The notes under the pieces are model-generated. The model was given only the letters and a program-made list of their open reading frames with translations. It did no database searches and was not told the DNA's origin. A stretch of DNA of 64,000 nt from Lytechinus pictus (lineage: Eukaryota). Position 1 is the first letter of the stretch. Every line of letters begins with the position of its first letter. Below are positions 1 through 10,734 of this stretch, in pieces. The position numbers and the translations under genes are program-made. The DNA is taken from NCBI RefSeq assembly GCF_037042905.1, contig NC_087258.1, positions 27,590,001-27,654,000 of the forward strand, in the 5' to 3' direction.

Positions 1-420
1 GGCCACCGCACACCTTACGACTGTTCACGATCCGATTTTGGAACAAAATCGCATTTTGCTCATTTTCTGAAAATGTGAATGAACATATCATTTTATTTGA
101 GGTTAAAATTAATTGAAAGAATACCAGTACTAATATAACCATTATGAAAGATTGCAAGCCTTTATTTAGGAGTAAAGGCCAAATTAGTTTCAAGTCGTAG
201 CTAATCGTACGACTGCTATGACATCATTACGACTAGGTATAAAATTTGCTTTTATTCTAAGATGGATGATAGCTTAGTCACAGTTTTGAACATAGGTATT
301 CGTACGGTGATTTAAAACATTACACAGTAAGATGTTCCATGTCTCAATATTAGCATCAAATTCTACTACGTTTTATTCCAAAATCGGGTCGCAGACCAAT
401 CGTAAGGTGTGTGGTCGCCC
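1..420. mobile_element. MITE with terminal inverted repeats (PIF/Harbinger-like), left end at window edge
   Basis: Start GGCCACCGCACACCTTACGA...CCGATTTTGGAA is the imperfect reverse complement of the end TTCCAAAATCGGGTCGC...TCGTAAGGTGTGTGGTCGCCC, which is followed by TTA. Confidence 0.7.
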
Positions 421-504
421 TTATGCTCAACACTCAATTTTTATCAGTGATTAAATTTTACCATTAGAAGAGCTCATAACTTCCCATTTACTATCAACAG
501 GTAT

Positions 505-2460
505 ATGAGTGGCAGACTTCAGAGGGATTTGCAGAGCTGCCCAACATCCACAGGTCCAGATGTCCTATCTATAGTAAGTATGGCAGCATCTAGAGAGGAA
601 CCTCTTAATGAAAGTAGTGAACAATGTCTAAGGGTTAATGATTGCCAGATAAACTTAGTGACATACATGACAACAGAGATGTATAATCTTCAAGACTTCA
701 GGGATTTTATTGATAGGAATCATGGAAACATAAATATTGATCAGAGAAATGAGGAGGGTCAAACTGCTCTCATGAGAGCTTGTCTTGATAGAAACAAAGC
801 AGTTGTGGAGTTTCTGTTAGAGAAAGGAGCAGATCCTAATTTGAGATGCATAAGAGAGGGAAATACTGCTCTACACTTTCTTAGCCGAAGTCGACCATGC
901 TGTGACACAGAAAGCGAGACAGACTTGGAAGATTGGGAACCTATTCTCGACAACGTGTCAGAAGCCGAGAGCAGTTGCAAAGACTTCTTGACTCGGGAAA
1001 GCCAAGATGATACTTACAACCGTTTGATCATGAAGAACTGCTTGGATGAAAAATACTGTCAATATACTGTGTTTAAAAAGCAGAAGAGAAGTGCTAGAAT
1101 AATAGATACTTTAATATTACAGTACGGTGCTTTGATTCAGGTCAACAATTATGGATTGACGCCTGCAGATATTGCTGGGCTACATAGGAAACTATCAACT
1201 GTGTTGTACTACATAAATCGAGAATATATTCCAAAGTCAGAGCAAACAACAGCGTTAGAAATCATGGGATCGTCGTTCATGATGAAGGATGAGTATGAGA
1301 AAGCGTACAAAGCATTTACAATGGCAGTAGAAAAGTGCTATGATAATCCACACACTGAGCAAGGCAATATCAAGAAATCTGATTTAGAAGATTGTCTAGG
1401 TCGCTCGGAATGCAGGAGTCTCCATGACCTCAGAAAGATTAATGGTGACAAATATGCAATGAGAGTTGAAGGTATGCTGGTTGCGGATCGTGTCTTACCC
1501 GATTCACTGAAGGAAGAATTTATTTATGAACGTCTTGTGGATTATGGATATTCCTTATTGTTTCTGTGGGATACGCTGGATGCAGGCTTCAGGGTGTTCA
1601 CAAAATGTCTTTGTCTAGAACGCAAAGGATGTTTGCCTGTTGGAAGGGTCCTTTTGTCATTGAGGTACAGCATCAGCCAAGCTACAAGCTCTCCAAGCCT
1701 ACATAGGTTTATTCCACAATATGTGAGTCTACTTTGTCAGTCTTTAGAGCTTTGTATTGATGTCATCAGGCAGGTCAATGTTAAAAACCTTAAAAGCCAC
1801 ATCCAGGAAATTCTAATCAATCTATCCAAGATCTTATATTCCTTCACTAATAGTCTTTGCAGTGTCCAAGGTGTGGAATGTGTGATTCGGCCAGTTGTCC
1901 AGATGATCAAAGTCATATGGAGCAGGTTAGACAGAGCTTCAGTCTTCAGGGATCCATACAGACACCTCACCAACTCTGTCTGTCATAAGTTACTTTGTGA
2001 TATGGTTGCGCACTTTAGATACTACTTTGACTTTGAGGAAAACAGGAACACTTGTCACTGTTTCAAGCAAGTACTTGTCCACTTAGTCCAAGTTGAAGGT
2101 GCCTCAGATATTGATATCAATGGAGATACCCTTCTGCATTCATTGATGGGTCTTGTGTTCTCGGGAGAGATTCCGATGGTTCAAGACATATCTCTTCTAT
2201 TTCTAAGGTATGGCTGTCCGTACAATTTGAGGAATAATAGAGGGAAGAGACCTATTGATGTTGCACAGGAAGAGGCTTTTAGTCTTGATGATTCCTACCT
2301 TTCAGATCTTACTGAGCTCTACAGTCTCCTGTCTTCTACTGTACTCACTTTACAGGAGATTGCTATCAGAACTATTCTAAGGTGTAACATCCCTTATCAG
2401 GATAAACTTCCCAGGAAGCTCTGTTCCATGATACAGGTGGATCCGGTGGAATTTCCTTAA
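505..2460 (+). CDS. FEM1-like: FEM-1-like ankyrin/TPR-like/VHL-box protein, paralog 1 (single coding exon; alternative start MAAS at 580)
   Basis: 651-aa ORF. ANK motifs GQTALMRAC..GADPN..GNTALH and GLTPADIA; FEM1-type ALEIMGS and ECRSLHDL..DKYAMRVEGMLVADRVLP; C-terminal ANKs GDTLLH and NNRGKRPID; BC-box TLQEIAIRTI and Cul2-box LPRKLCSMI. Splice acceptor AG at 499-500. Confidence 0.88.
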   Translation: MSGRLQRDLQSCPTSTGPDVLSIVSMAASREEPLNESSEQCLRVNDCQINLVTYMTTEMYNLQDFRDFIDRNHGNINIDQRNEEGQTALMRACLDRNKAVVEFLLEKGADPNLRCIREGNTALHFLSRSRPCCDTESETDLEDWEPILDNVSEAESSCKDFLTRESQDDTYNRLIMKNCLDEKYCQYTVFKKQKRSARIIDTLILQYGALIQVNNYGLTPADIAGLHRKLSTVLYYINREYIPKSEQTTALEIMGSSFMMKDEYEKAYKAFTMAVEKCYDNPHTEQGNIKKSDLEDCLGRSECRSLHDLRKINGDKYAMRVEGMLVADRVLPDSLKEEFIYERLVDYGYSLLFLWDTLDAGFRVFTKCLCLERKGCLPVGRVLLSLRYSISQATSSPSLHRFIPQYVSLLCQSLELCIDVIRQVNVKNLKSHIQEILINLSKILYSFTNSLCSVQGVECVIRPVVQMIKVIWSRLDRASVFRDPYRHLTNSVCHKLLCDMVAHFRYYFDFEENRNTCHCFKQVLVHLVQVEGASDIDINGDTLLHSLMGLVFSGEIPMVQDISLLFLRYGCPYNLRNNRGKRPIDVAQEEAFSLDDSYLSDLTELYSLLSSTVLTLQEIAIRTILRCNIPYQDKLPRKLCSMIQVDPVEFP

Positions 2461-4101
2461 GTGCTGCTGTTCTGGACTGCTTGCATGCCATCATTACAAA
2501 CAGGCTCTTTCCACGGAAGCCTCAAGACTACATGTACATGTATCAAATCTGCTCATGATAATGACTTGCTCTTTTTTTTGAAATTTAAACTTTATTTAAT
2601 GTGCGCGAAATAATAATTTGATGTGCACATACATATATAGAATGGTACATTTTTGTCATTTGACATGCCCATTTTGCTAGCTGTAGCCTAGGCCTTGTGA
2701 ATTACAGACCCATGCCATACATGAACCAGCTAGCACGTCAAAGATTTCTTTGTAAGCATTCATATACAGTTGCATTATGCTAATTTATTGCATTTCCATG
2801 CCAATAGCTATTTCATCCATCTTAACATGCTGCATGGATAATGATATTGATGACATCGACCCGTATTCTGAAGTCCGATATAAAGGAGAATCCAGCCTTG
2901 GTCATAAAATAATATCATGTGGAAAGGAGAAAAATAGAGATAAAAAGAATGGTGAAAGTTTGAAGGAAATTGACAAGCAATAAGAAAGTTATCCCTAATG
3001 GAGCATTGCAAGAAACTTACGATTAGTCTATTTTTGTTCCCTAAATATATCATAAGTCTTGAAATTAATTGCGAATTTGAAATTTATTGCTTATCTGCTT
3101 CTTGAAACAAGGCATTTAATCTCATTTGCTGCAGTTAAAATTTATCTATTGTAAAATGGTAACAGAATATTTGCAATTGATTGCAAATATTTTCTTGCAA
3201 CACCCCCTATTAAAGACTATGTAGATTTCAAATTGTCAACAGGGTAAGTCAATTATAACAAGAGACAAGGACAACTTTCCCATAGGCCATGTACCTAATT
3301 ATCAGGGATTTGTGGTTTTCTCTTAAGTAGGCCTACCCATTTCCCTGGGGCAGTAATCTAAATATAATCCAGGAAGTATATTGTTTGATATCCTCATGAA
3401 AGAAAAATATAATTTGAAGTAAAACTTTTGAGAAATGACATTTTAGCCATTTTATTTATTGGAGTACAGGGAAGAGTAGTCCTTGCCTTACATCTCTAAG
3501 ACATCACCTATGCTGCCAATTTGAAGTCTCCACGGGTATAATGATTACCAATATTTACAACTTTTAAAAATTCATAACTTTTTTATTGTCCGATATTGTT
3601 CAAACTTTCACCTTGTCTGATTTTTCTTTTCCCTCTAAAAACAAGTTTTTATTTGGGTAGGATTTCCCTTTAACTTTGGCCATGGCCTAACTCTGTGCTA
3701 AAGTTATTGGAAGCCGAAAATATTGAACATTTGTTTATATGGTATATTTCTAATGTTTGTCGTGCTCTTTTTAATAATGAATGAAACTGTTTGGCTTTAC
3801 TATTTTCAGACAATTATAAATTATCTGAGTGTCAAATAAGCTGATAAATTAAAACCTGTACCATTAGATATTTGTGCCACAATTGGCTATCCATAGTTAA
3901 ACAACAACTTTATACTTATACCAGAGTTTGAATTAAACCTGACTTCAGAATATAGGCCAATGTGCTGGATTTTTCACATGCATGATTTTACTAATATCTG
4001 TATTGTTTTGCCTCTTTTCAGATATGATTGATGTGCTGCATGCTGAGTTGAACTGCTAGTTTTGTGCTTCTGAAAGGTCACCAGGTAATGCATGTTTAGT
4101 C

Positions 4102-6045
4102 ATGGCTTCTACTGGACCTGTAGCATCATCCAGTGTGAAAGACAGTAGCAGTTCTAGAAGAGAGGGTCATCTGGTCAGGATCATTGAGGATGATGCCACA
4201 CTGGCAATGGTTCAGGATTTCATCAAGCAGCAGGATGGGAAGTCTGACTTGAATGAGAGAAATAAGCATGGTCAGACGGCATTGATGGTGGCATGTTTGC
4301 ATGGTAAGCTGGAAATTGTGAAGTATCTTCTTGAGATAGGAGCCGATCATCATCTTACCGCACCTGACAAAAAGAACACTGCGTTGCACTTTGCTTGCAT
4401 GTTCATGCAAAGCATCAGTGAAGCAGACAGTGCACTGAAAGGAGAAAAGACTGTAGAAGGGGCTAAAAATCCAGCAAGTGGAGAAGCCAAAGGAGATGGT
4501 TTAGAGGCTCATTTTGATACCAAAGCAGATACGATTGTATTACAACTTATCCTTAACCTCCTGTTGCACAAAGCCAAATTCCAGAAGAATGATGATGTAC
4601 TATATCCACTTGACTTAGCTGCATTGAACAAGAGACTCGCTGTCTTTGCTTTCCTTGGCAGTAAAGATCTAGTGGAAAAGTCTATGCTTGCTAGGGGATT
4701 GGACATTCTGGGTTACTTATTGGCTCTGGAGGATAAACATAAAGATGCAGCAAGAATACTGGAAAAAGCTGTGATGGAAAGGGAGAGTGACACTGACAAT
4801 CCAGATCCTGTCGAATTCACATCAGATCTTGAAACTTTCCTCAGTCAAAAAGAGTGCAAGACAATGGCAGATTGGAACGCATTGAAGAAAACTAATCATG
4901 CAACCAAAGTTAATGCTTTCCTTGTTGGTGATCGTGTTCTTCCAGAGAAGTTGAAGCCAAAGGTACTGTATGGACCACTTGCAAAATACGGACATGAGTT
5001 GCTTTTCAAGATGAAAACAAGGGCTAAAGGGTTTCTCATATTTGATGCATGTCTTCATCTGGAAAGGAAAGGATTGCTTTATTTGAATACTGTTTTGATG
5101 TACCTGCGGATGAGTATACCTAGAGCAGAAACCCTTGATATTTTCAGAGATACTCAGTTTATTAACAGCACATGCAAGACGTTAGGAAAGTACATTGATG
5201 TCATAAAAGATGTCCCCATTGATCATCTTGAGAAAAGTGTCAAAGACATCATGTGCAACCTTGGTCGTATCCTGTTTGATGTAGTTAATGAATATCAAAG
5301 TCTTGAAATCTTGGAGCAGTTTCTCACACCCATCATAGAGATAATCAATGTCATTTGGGATAGGATTCCAAAGCCTGAAGCTACTGGCAGTGGTATCCTG
5401 TTCCCCACTATTTCTGTCTGTCACAATGTTCTGCTTCACCTGGGAAGAGAGTTCTGTCCAAATATCTTCTTCTGTGCCCCTCATCCCTCCAGGACACGCA
5501 GGTACATCACTTTCCTCTCCGAGCGGTTGATTGCTAGTCTTCTGCATGTTGAAGGTGCCCTTGATTTAGACTGTCATGGGAACACGATGATTCACACGCT
5601 GATGGTGTACTCACAAACATTATCACCACAACTGATTATAGATATTGCAAAGCTCCTGATAAGACATGGCTGCCCTACTGATGCAAAGAACAAGAAAGGG
5701 GAAACCCCCTATGACATCAACATGGAAATGAGAGAAAATGAAGATGACTTTGATGATGAAGATGATTTTGAGGATGAGGATGGAGATGAACCTCGCCTAC
5801 AACTGGACCCACGTGGAATGGGCATTGTGTATGAGCTCTTGAAGGGTCCAGAAGAAGTGTATTCTCTTCAAGAGCTTGCTGCAAGGTCTATCCTTAGCTA
5901 TAGGATTCCTTATCGCCAGAAGCTTCCATCTACACTGTTTGCTATTCTAAGAGACCCAGTCTTGGATGAAAATTATGAAGCTGGAGACTCTGAGACATCT
6001 AGTGACTATGATTCAGATGATGAACAAAACTGCCCAATATCTTGA
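4102..6045 (+). CDS. FEM1-like: FEM-1-like ankyrin/TPR-like/VHL-box protein, paralog 2
   Basis: 647-aa ORF. NKHGQTALMVACLHGKLEIVKYLLEIGAD..NTALH resembles FEM1 ANK5-6; ECKTMADW..FLVGDRVLP; GNTMIH and NKKGETP; SLQELAARSIL..IPY..LPSTLFAIL. Acceptor TTTTGCCTCTTTTCAG ends at 4021, branch-like CTAAT at 3991. Confidence 0.9.
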   Translation: MASTGPVASSSVKDSSSSRREGHLVRIIEDDATLAMVQDFIKQQDGKSDLNERNKHGQTALMVACLHGKLEIVKYLLEIGADHHLTAPDKKNTALHFACMFMQSISEADSALKGEKTVEGAKNPASGEAKGDGLEAHFDTKADTIVLQLILNLLLHKAKFQKNDDVLYPLDLAALNKRLAVFAFLGSKDLVEKSMLARGLDILGYLLALEDKHKDAARILEKAVMERESDTDNPDPVEFTSDLETFLSQKECKTMADWNALKKTNHATKVNAFLVGDRVLPEKLKPKVLYGPLAKYGHELLFKMKTRAKGFLIFDACLHLERKGLLYLNTVLMYLRMSIPRAETLDIFRDTQFINSTCKTLGKYIDVIKDVPIDHLEKSVKDIMCNLGRILFDVVNEYQSLEILEQFLTPIIEIINVIWDRIPKPEATGSGILFPTISVCHNVLLHLGREFCPNIFFCAPHPSRTRRYITFLSERLIASLLHVEGALDLDCHGNTMIHTLMVYSQTLSPQLIIDIAKLLIRHGCPTDAKNKKGETPYDINMEMRENEDDFDDEDDFEDEDGDEPRLQLDPRGMGIVYELLKGPEEVYSLQELAARSILSYRIPYRQKLPSTLFAILRDPVLDENYEAGDSETSSDYDSDDEQNCPIS

Positions 6046-6159
6046 GGATGCAAGCTTGTCTATAACTTCTTTGCTTTCTTTATAGGCATTGATAAACATT
6101 GATTTGACTTTTAAAAAAAAATTGAACTGCAAGGTCTCATTTTTCACCTGCATCTGTGA

Positions 6160-6790
6160 TTTTTGTCTCACGTGCATAGCAAAGCAAGACTATAGGTGCC
6201 GCTTTTTTTCCAATGGCGACGGTAATGTCATCAGCATTGAAATCTTTGAAATGTCATCATTTCTTAAAAAGTATATGGAGTTGGTTCATGAAACTTGGAA
6301 ATAGGGTAATCAAGTATTACAGAACATTTTGCCTGAGTTTCAGATCATACAATCTTGGTCAAAGGTTATTTAGGATCAATGAACTTAATAGACCATGTTG
6401 GGGGAATCAACATAAAAAACCTAACCAAGGTTAAGTTATTTAATGGGTCATCATAACTTAGAAAGTATATGGACCTACTTCGTGTAACATGGACATAAGG
6501 GTAATCAAGTGTTACTGAACATCCTGCCTGAGTTTAGGTCACATGACCAAGATCAAAGGTTATTTAAAGTCAATGAACTTTGGCCATGTTTGGGGTATTT
6601 GTTGAATTGCCATAACTTTGAAAGTTTATGGATATACATAAGGGTAATCAAGTATCACTGATCATCTTGCACAAGTCATAGGTCACATGATCAAGGTAAA
6701 ATGTCATTTAGGGTCAATGAACACAGTATTTTATTATCATATGAATGGTGTTTTTGTCAATAATTATTCTATAGTCGTTTTCAAAGTAGG
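6160..6790. repeat. Helentron/HINE-like interspersed repeat (GGTCAAAGGTCA family)
   Basis: Begins TTTTGTCTCACGTGCATAGCAAAGCAAGACTATAGG; internal ~170-bp subrepeats containing CATAAGGGTAATCAAGT; related copy at ~31595-31890. Confidence 0.55.
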
Positions 6791-7653
6791 CCGACTTCTA
6801 CATATCTGGCTGGCATGTTTTTTTAACTGTGTTATGGCATCAAAGCCATGGAACAGTTTTACTTTCTTTGTCACTCTCGATTAGCAAAGCAATGGAAGTA
6901 TAAATCAATGTTTATAAATGCAGTTTGGCAACTTTTTGTTAATATTATGCTTTCTATTATTCTTATTGAGTCATTGTATCCATTTTTTTTTTGGTCAAAG
7001 TATGACAATGAGTAGGCAGACCTGTTTCAATTTATGTGACAATCTAAATGATTGATTATTGAATTCTGTAATTCCTTATTTTGTACAAGGACCATCTAAT
7101 TGCAGTAGACAACATGTAAAATTTACCATGCGTATCGGGGGCCAGGGAACTATTTTTTTTTTTTTTGGGGGGGGAGGGTATAAGCCGGAAGTTGGGGCTG
7201 GACGTCAAAATATAATCCCAATTAATAATGATAATTTTCATATTTTTTTAATGCTTACAGAAGAAAAAGTGGGTGTAGCGGTTGACTTAAGCCCCCAAGT
7301 GCCTTGGTTCTGCTCCCCTGGTATATATCTAAAGCCAAATTGAATTTCATGAAACAGCATTTATACACTATTTTCAGTGAGAATAATTTTACTGCTGTCT
7401 GGTTATCTTGGTTTCATATGATCATTCAGCTGTCGCATGCACTTTTTTCACAGGCATGTTGATTGAATCAAATAATTAAGTTGCAGTTCATGAACCCATA
7501 TCATAACGCTTATGACTGGTTATTCTGCCTAGAACCTTGAATAGATTGGCTGTAGACCCCTGTTACCATGGTATTTACCTTAATCATCATGACTATGTGC
7601 CCAGAAGCAATGTGCCTTGTTTACAGAATACTTGAAACTATATAAGGGCCTAA

Positions 7654-7911
7654 AGGCTCTGTCACATCGTTCCGTGCAAGCGTTGCGGATGGGTTGAAGG
7701 TGATTGGCCGCAACTCACCCACAATAAAGTTTTGAGCATGTTCAAAACTTTTCTGCTTGCAAAGCAGACCTGGGTGCGCTCCTGGAGGCAACTGCATGTG
7801 AGATACGTGCGAGACTGCCAAGACACTATCAATGCGGGTGAAATGCGGGAAGCAAAAATAGTTACCAGCAAGTCGCACACAAGGCTTTCACGGAACGATG
7901 TGACAGAGCCT
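7654..7911. mobile_element. MITE, Harbinger-like, TAA target-site duplication
   Basis: TIR AGGCTCTGTCACATCGTTCCGTG / CACGGAACGATGTGACAGAGCCT, flanked by TAA on both sides (7651-7653 and 7912-7914). Confidence 0.85.
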
Positions 7912-9924
7912 TAAAGTTTCTTTTTTATGTACATGTATGTATGAAAATAGCAACCTGCACATATGTGTCCCTCCAGTGGACCTGTTACAGAAAGAATTCC
8001 AATCAAACACAACTCAATGAATCAATCACATGATCCATGATTGCAGTGCTTTCTGTAATGAATATTTATACAGTACTACATAATATGCTCTATGCTACAC
8101 ACAGTATCGTACTCTACTAGAAAATCAAACCTTTTTAAAGATATATGCTTGTTGTGGTAACGATTTCAAAATGAGATCGCACAGAATCTAATCAAATGAC
8201 TACCCAAGTGTCTGTGTGTATGAATAAAAAAACATGTGTGCCAAAGTATTCTGTAAGTAATTGTTGAAAAATTAGCAAAACAAAATTTGAGCACGATGAT
8301 AATATTGCTTAGAGATATTGGTATGGCTGCGTATACACTACATTTAAATAATTATAGCACTACATGCCATTGCAAATTGTATTCTTGGTTTTAAATTCTT
8401 TAATAGTATGCTAATCATAGGAACCGAGATTGAACTATTTTTAAACAACTCATAGAACAAATGGGTAAACATTAATACTGTAAAATGTACGCTGCAAATT
8501 TTCATTGATCTTGTTCTGTTCTCTATGTTGTATACACATTTCTGTTCTACATGTCTGGGATCTTGCATTATGAAGCTACTTTGAGTGTTTTCCTCTCACA
8601 TCGTGTTTTAGTGTTCCATTTTCTTCTAAATCATACAACTGTTGAGGGGTAGTACAAAAATAAAAACTGAAATACAAAATTAAAACAAATTCAGTGTATT
8701 TTGAATTGATTTCGCCACATTTTAGCACTCTTATACAGACTTCCAAAGTAGGCCCTATAATCAATTTCAAGGAATGATATATGGCGGGAAATTATTAAGT
8801 TTCAGACTTTGAAACGCTATCCTATGAATGACGAAACAAGAAGAGTGCATACACCTGGGCACCATGCATGTCACAAAGATTTGCTATTAATCCCAAATTT
8901 GAAAAAAAATCACTTCTCATTGGTTCTTAGTCCATCGAGCAAAGCGATAGGCCATTTCATTTAGCGATTAACCGTTAACCTTGTTTTACGGTGCCCAAGC
9001 TGTACAGTCATGTACCCAGAACTGGTCTAGTCTGCTGTGCAAACCCTTCACTTGAGTTAAGGGTCTGAGTTGCAGCCTACTCATGCCTTGTGTACTGAAG
9101 GCCCTCCTGAATTGAAACGGCAAGTTTTGTATGTGTTAGTCTTTGCGTGGAGACACACTTGTTGATCAAAGTTCCAATCAGGGTCTGTGCCTGCAGACTA
9201 GGACTGGTCTGTAATAGTAAAAAAAAAAGGAAAAAATATATCATGAACACATGATAATTTATATTTGATACCATATTTATGTCGTATGTGTTGACGCTTG
9301 GATAACCAGTAGGTATTCTTTGCAGTGATGCAACTTTTGATTTGCGCCAAAGTAAGGTATAACAGCAATTAATGAATCCGAATCCTTCAAGGGTTGAATA
9401 TATATCCACTGCGATACACCTATTCAATAGATAACATTATAATTGCATATTAAACACTTATAATATCAATTCTCAAGTTAATTTTATTGAAAAGGGATTT
9501 GCAAATTGGGGGTTTGTGAGGTGTCATTTTTTTTAACTCGCGCGGTGTACATATAGGCATTCAATTGATTGGATGATTTGATTTATTTGATGATTAAAGA
9601 TTCCAAGTACTGTGGTGCGCCTTAATAGCAGTACTACTACTACCACTACTACTGCTACAAATTAATGATAATGATATTTAATAATGTTTCTAAAGCTCGT
9701 TGTTTTTTTGTTTTTTTAGAAAGGTACAAAGCGCATTACATAATGTTTTTACAGTGAAACAAAACATTAACATAATTTATTATAGATTTGAATGCGAATG
9801 AAAATTATAGAACATTGAAAGACCAATGCTGGCAAGCAGGCATTAACAGAAAAGATGTGTTTTTAGAATTTTCTTGAATACATTGAGATCAGTGATTGTG
9901 CCCGACGAGGGTAAGGCTCAACCC

Positions 9925-10655
9925 GTGATGAGTCAACGATCTTTCTGACGTGACATCACAATGACATCTGCGCAGAGTGAAAACTTTTATCCAATCGGGT
10001 CGCGGTAACCAAGGGAATGGTGTAGGCGCACCTGATTGTTTACTTCTGCAATCAACTTTGCACACAACGAGCTTGGGCCTTTATTCATAGAACTTACTTC
10101 ACATTATCTTACGTCTTTATTAGGAATCTAAGATTCGTTCGCTGTACCAGAACGAGGGGAAACGTAAGGTTATTGAGAAACCTAGTCCCGGCATTGCTAT
10201 TTCTATTCAGAACGATCGTCAATTTACTTTCATCTCAAGTACATTCAGTGAGTCAGCGTGAAGTTAATATAAGTTGGAGCGGTAAATCAATAGAAATTCA
10301 TATGAAAAACATCACTTGCAATATCAACTATAATTTGCTTATTGTATGAAATTGTACAACGAATTGATTTTTTCCTCTTGAAATTAAGTAATTTTCTTCG
10401 TAATATAGCTTAAAACGTTGACCCTCTATATTAACTTTTCGTTCAACCATGCAACAAGTTGACTTGAAGTTGAGATATGTCTTATAAAATGATGTTTCCT
10501 GATAGATCTAATCAAGGTAGGACCTAATCCTCTTGATTCACCCAAAACTTATCAATGTTGAATCAATGAAGAAACGATCAAAGAGAGAAAGGGATGATGT
10601 TATTTAAAAAAGGGCGCTTTGATTTTTTTTGTGGAAGAGACGGTCGCTCCTCTAT
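9925..10655 (+). promoter_or_regulatory. Promoter-like module, copy A (duplicated at ~14195-14905)
   Basis: TGAGTCA 9929, TGACGT 9946, CCAAT 9991, X-box-like GTCGCGGTAAC 9999, forkhead TGTTTAC 10037; locally CpG-rich; donor-like GTAAGG ~10164. Confidence 0.45.
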
Positions 10656-10734
10656 TTTATGGACATGGCCTCAACCCTCACCAATTCAAACATTATCGAA
10701 GGAGGAATTTATGATGTGCATTAAGAGGTACAAT

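Noticed and set aside
3238-3250. Strong donor AGG|GTAAGT as a private first exon for paralog 2
   Set aside because: No supporting promoter features nearby and such hexamers occur by chance; if real, it would weaken the shared-leader model for this paralog.
9077-9427. 116-aa minus-strand ORF with GFGFI (RNP1-like)
   Set aside because: An isolated motif; the rest is low-complexity and there is no clear exon structure.
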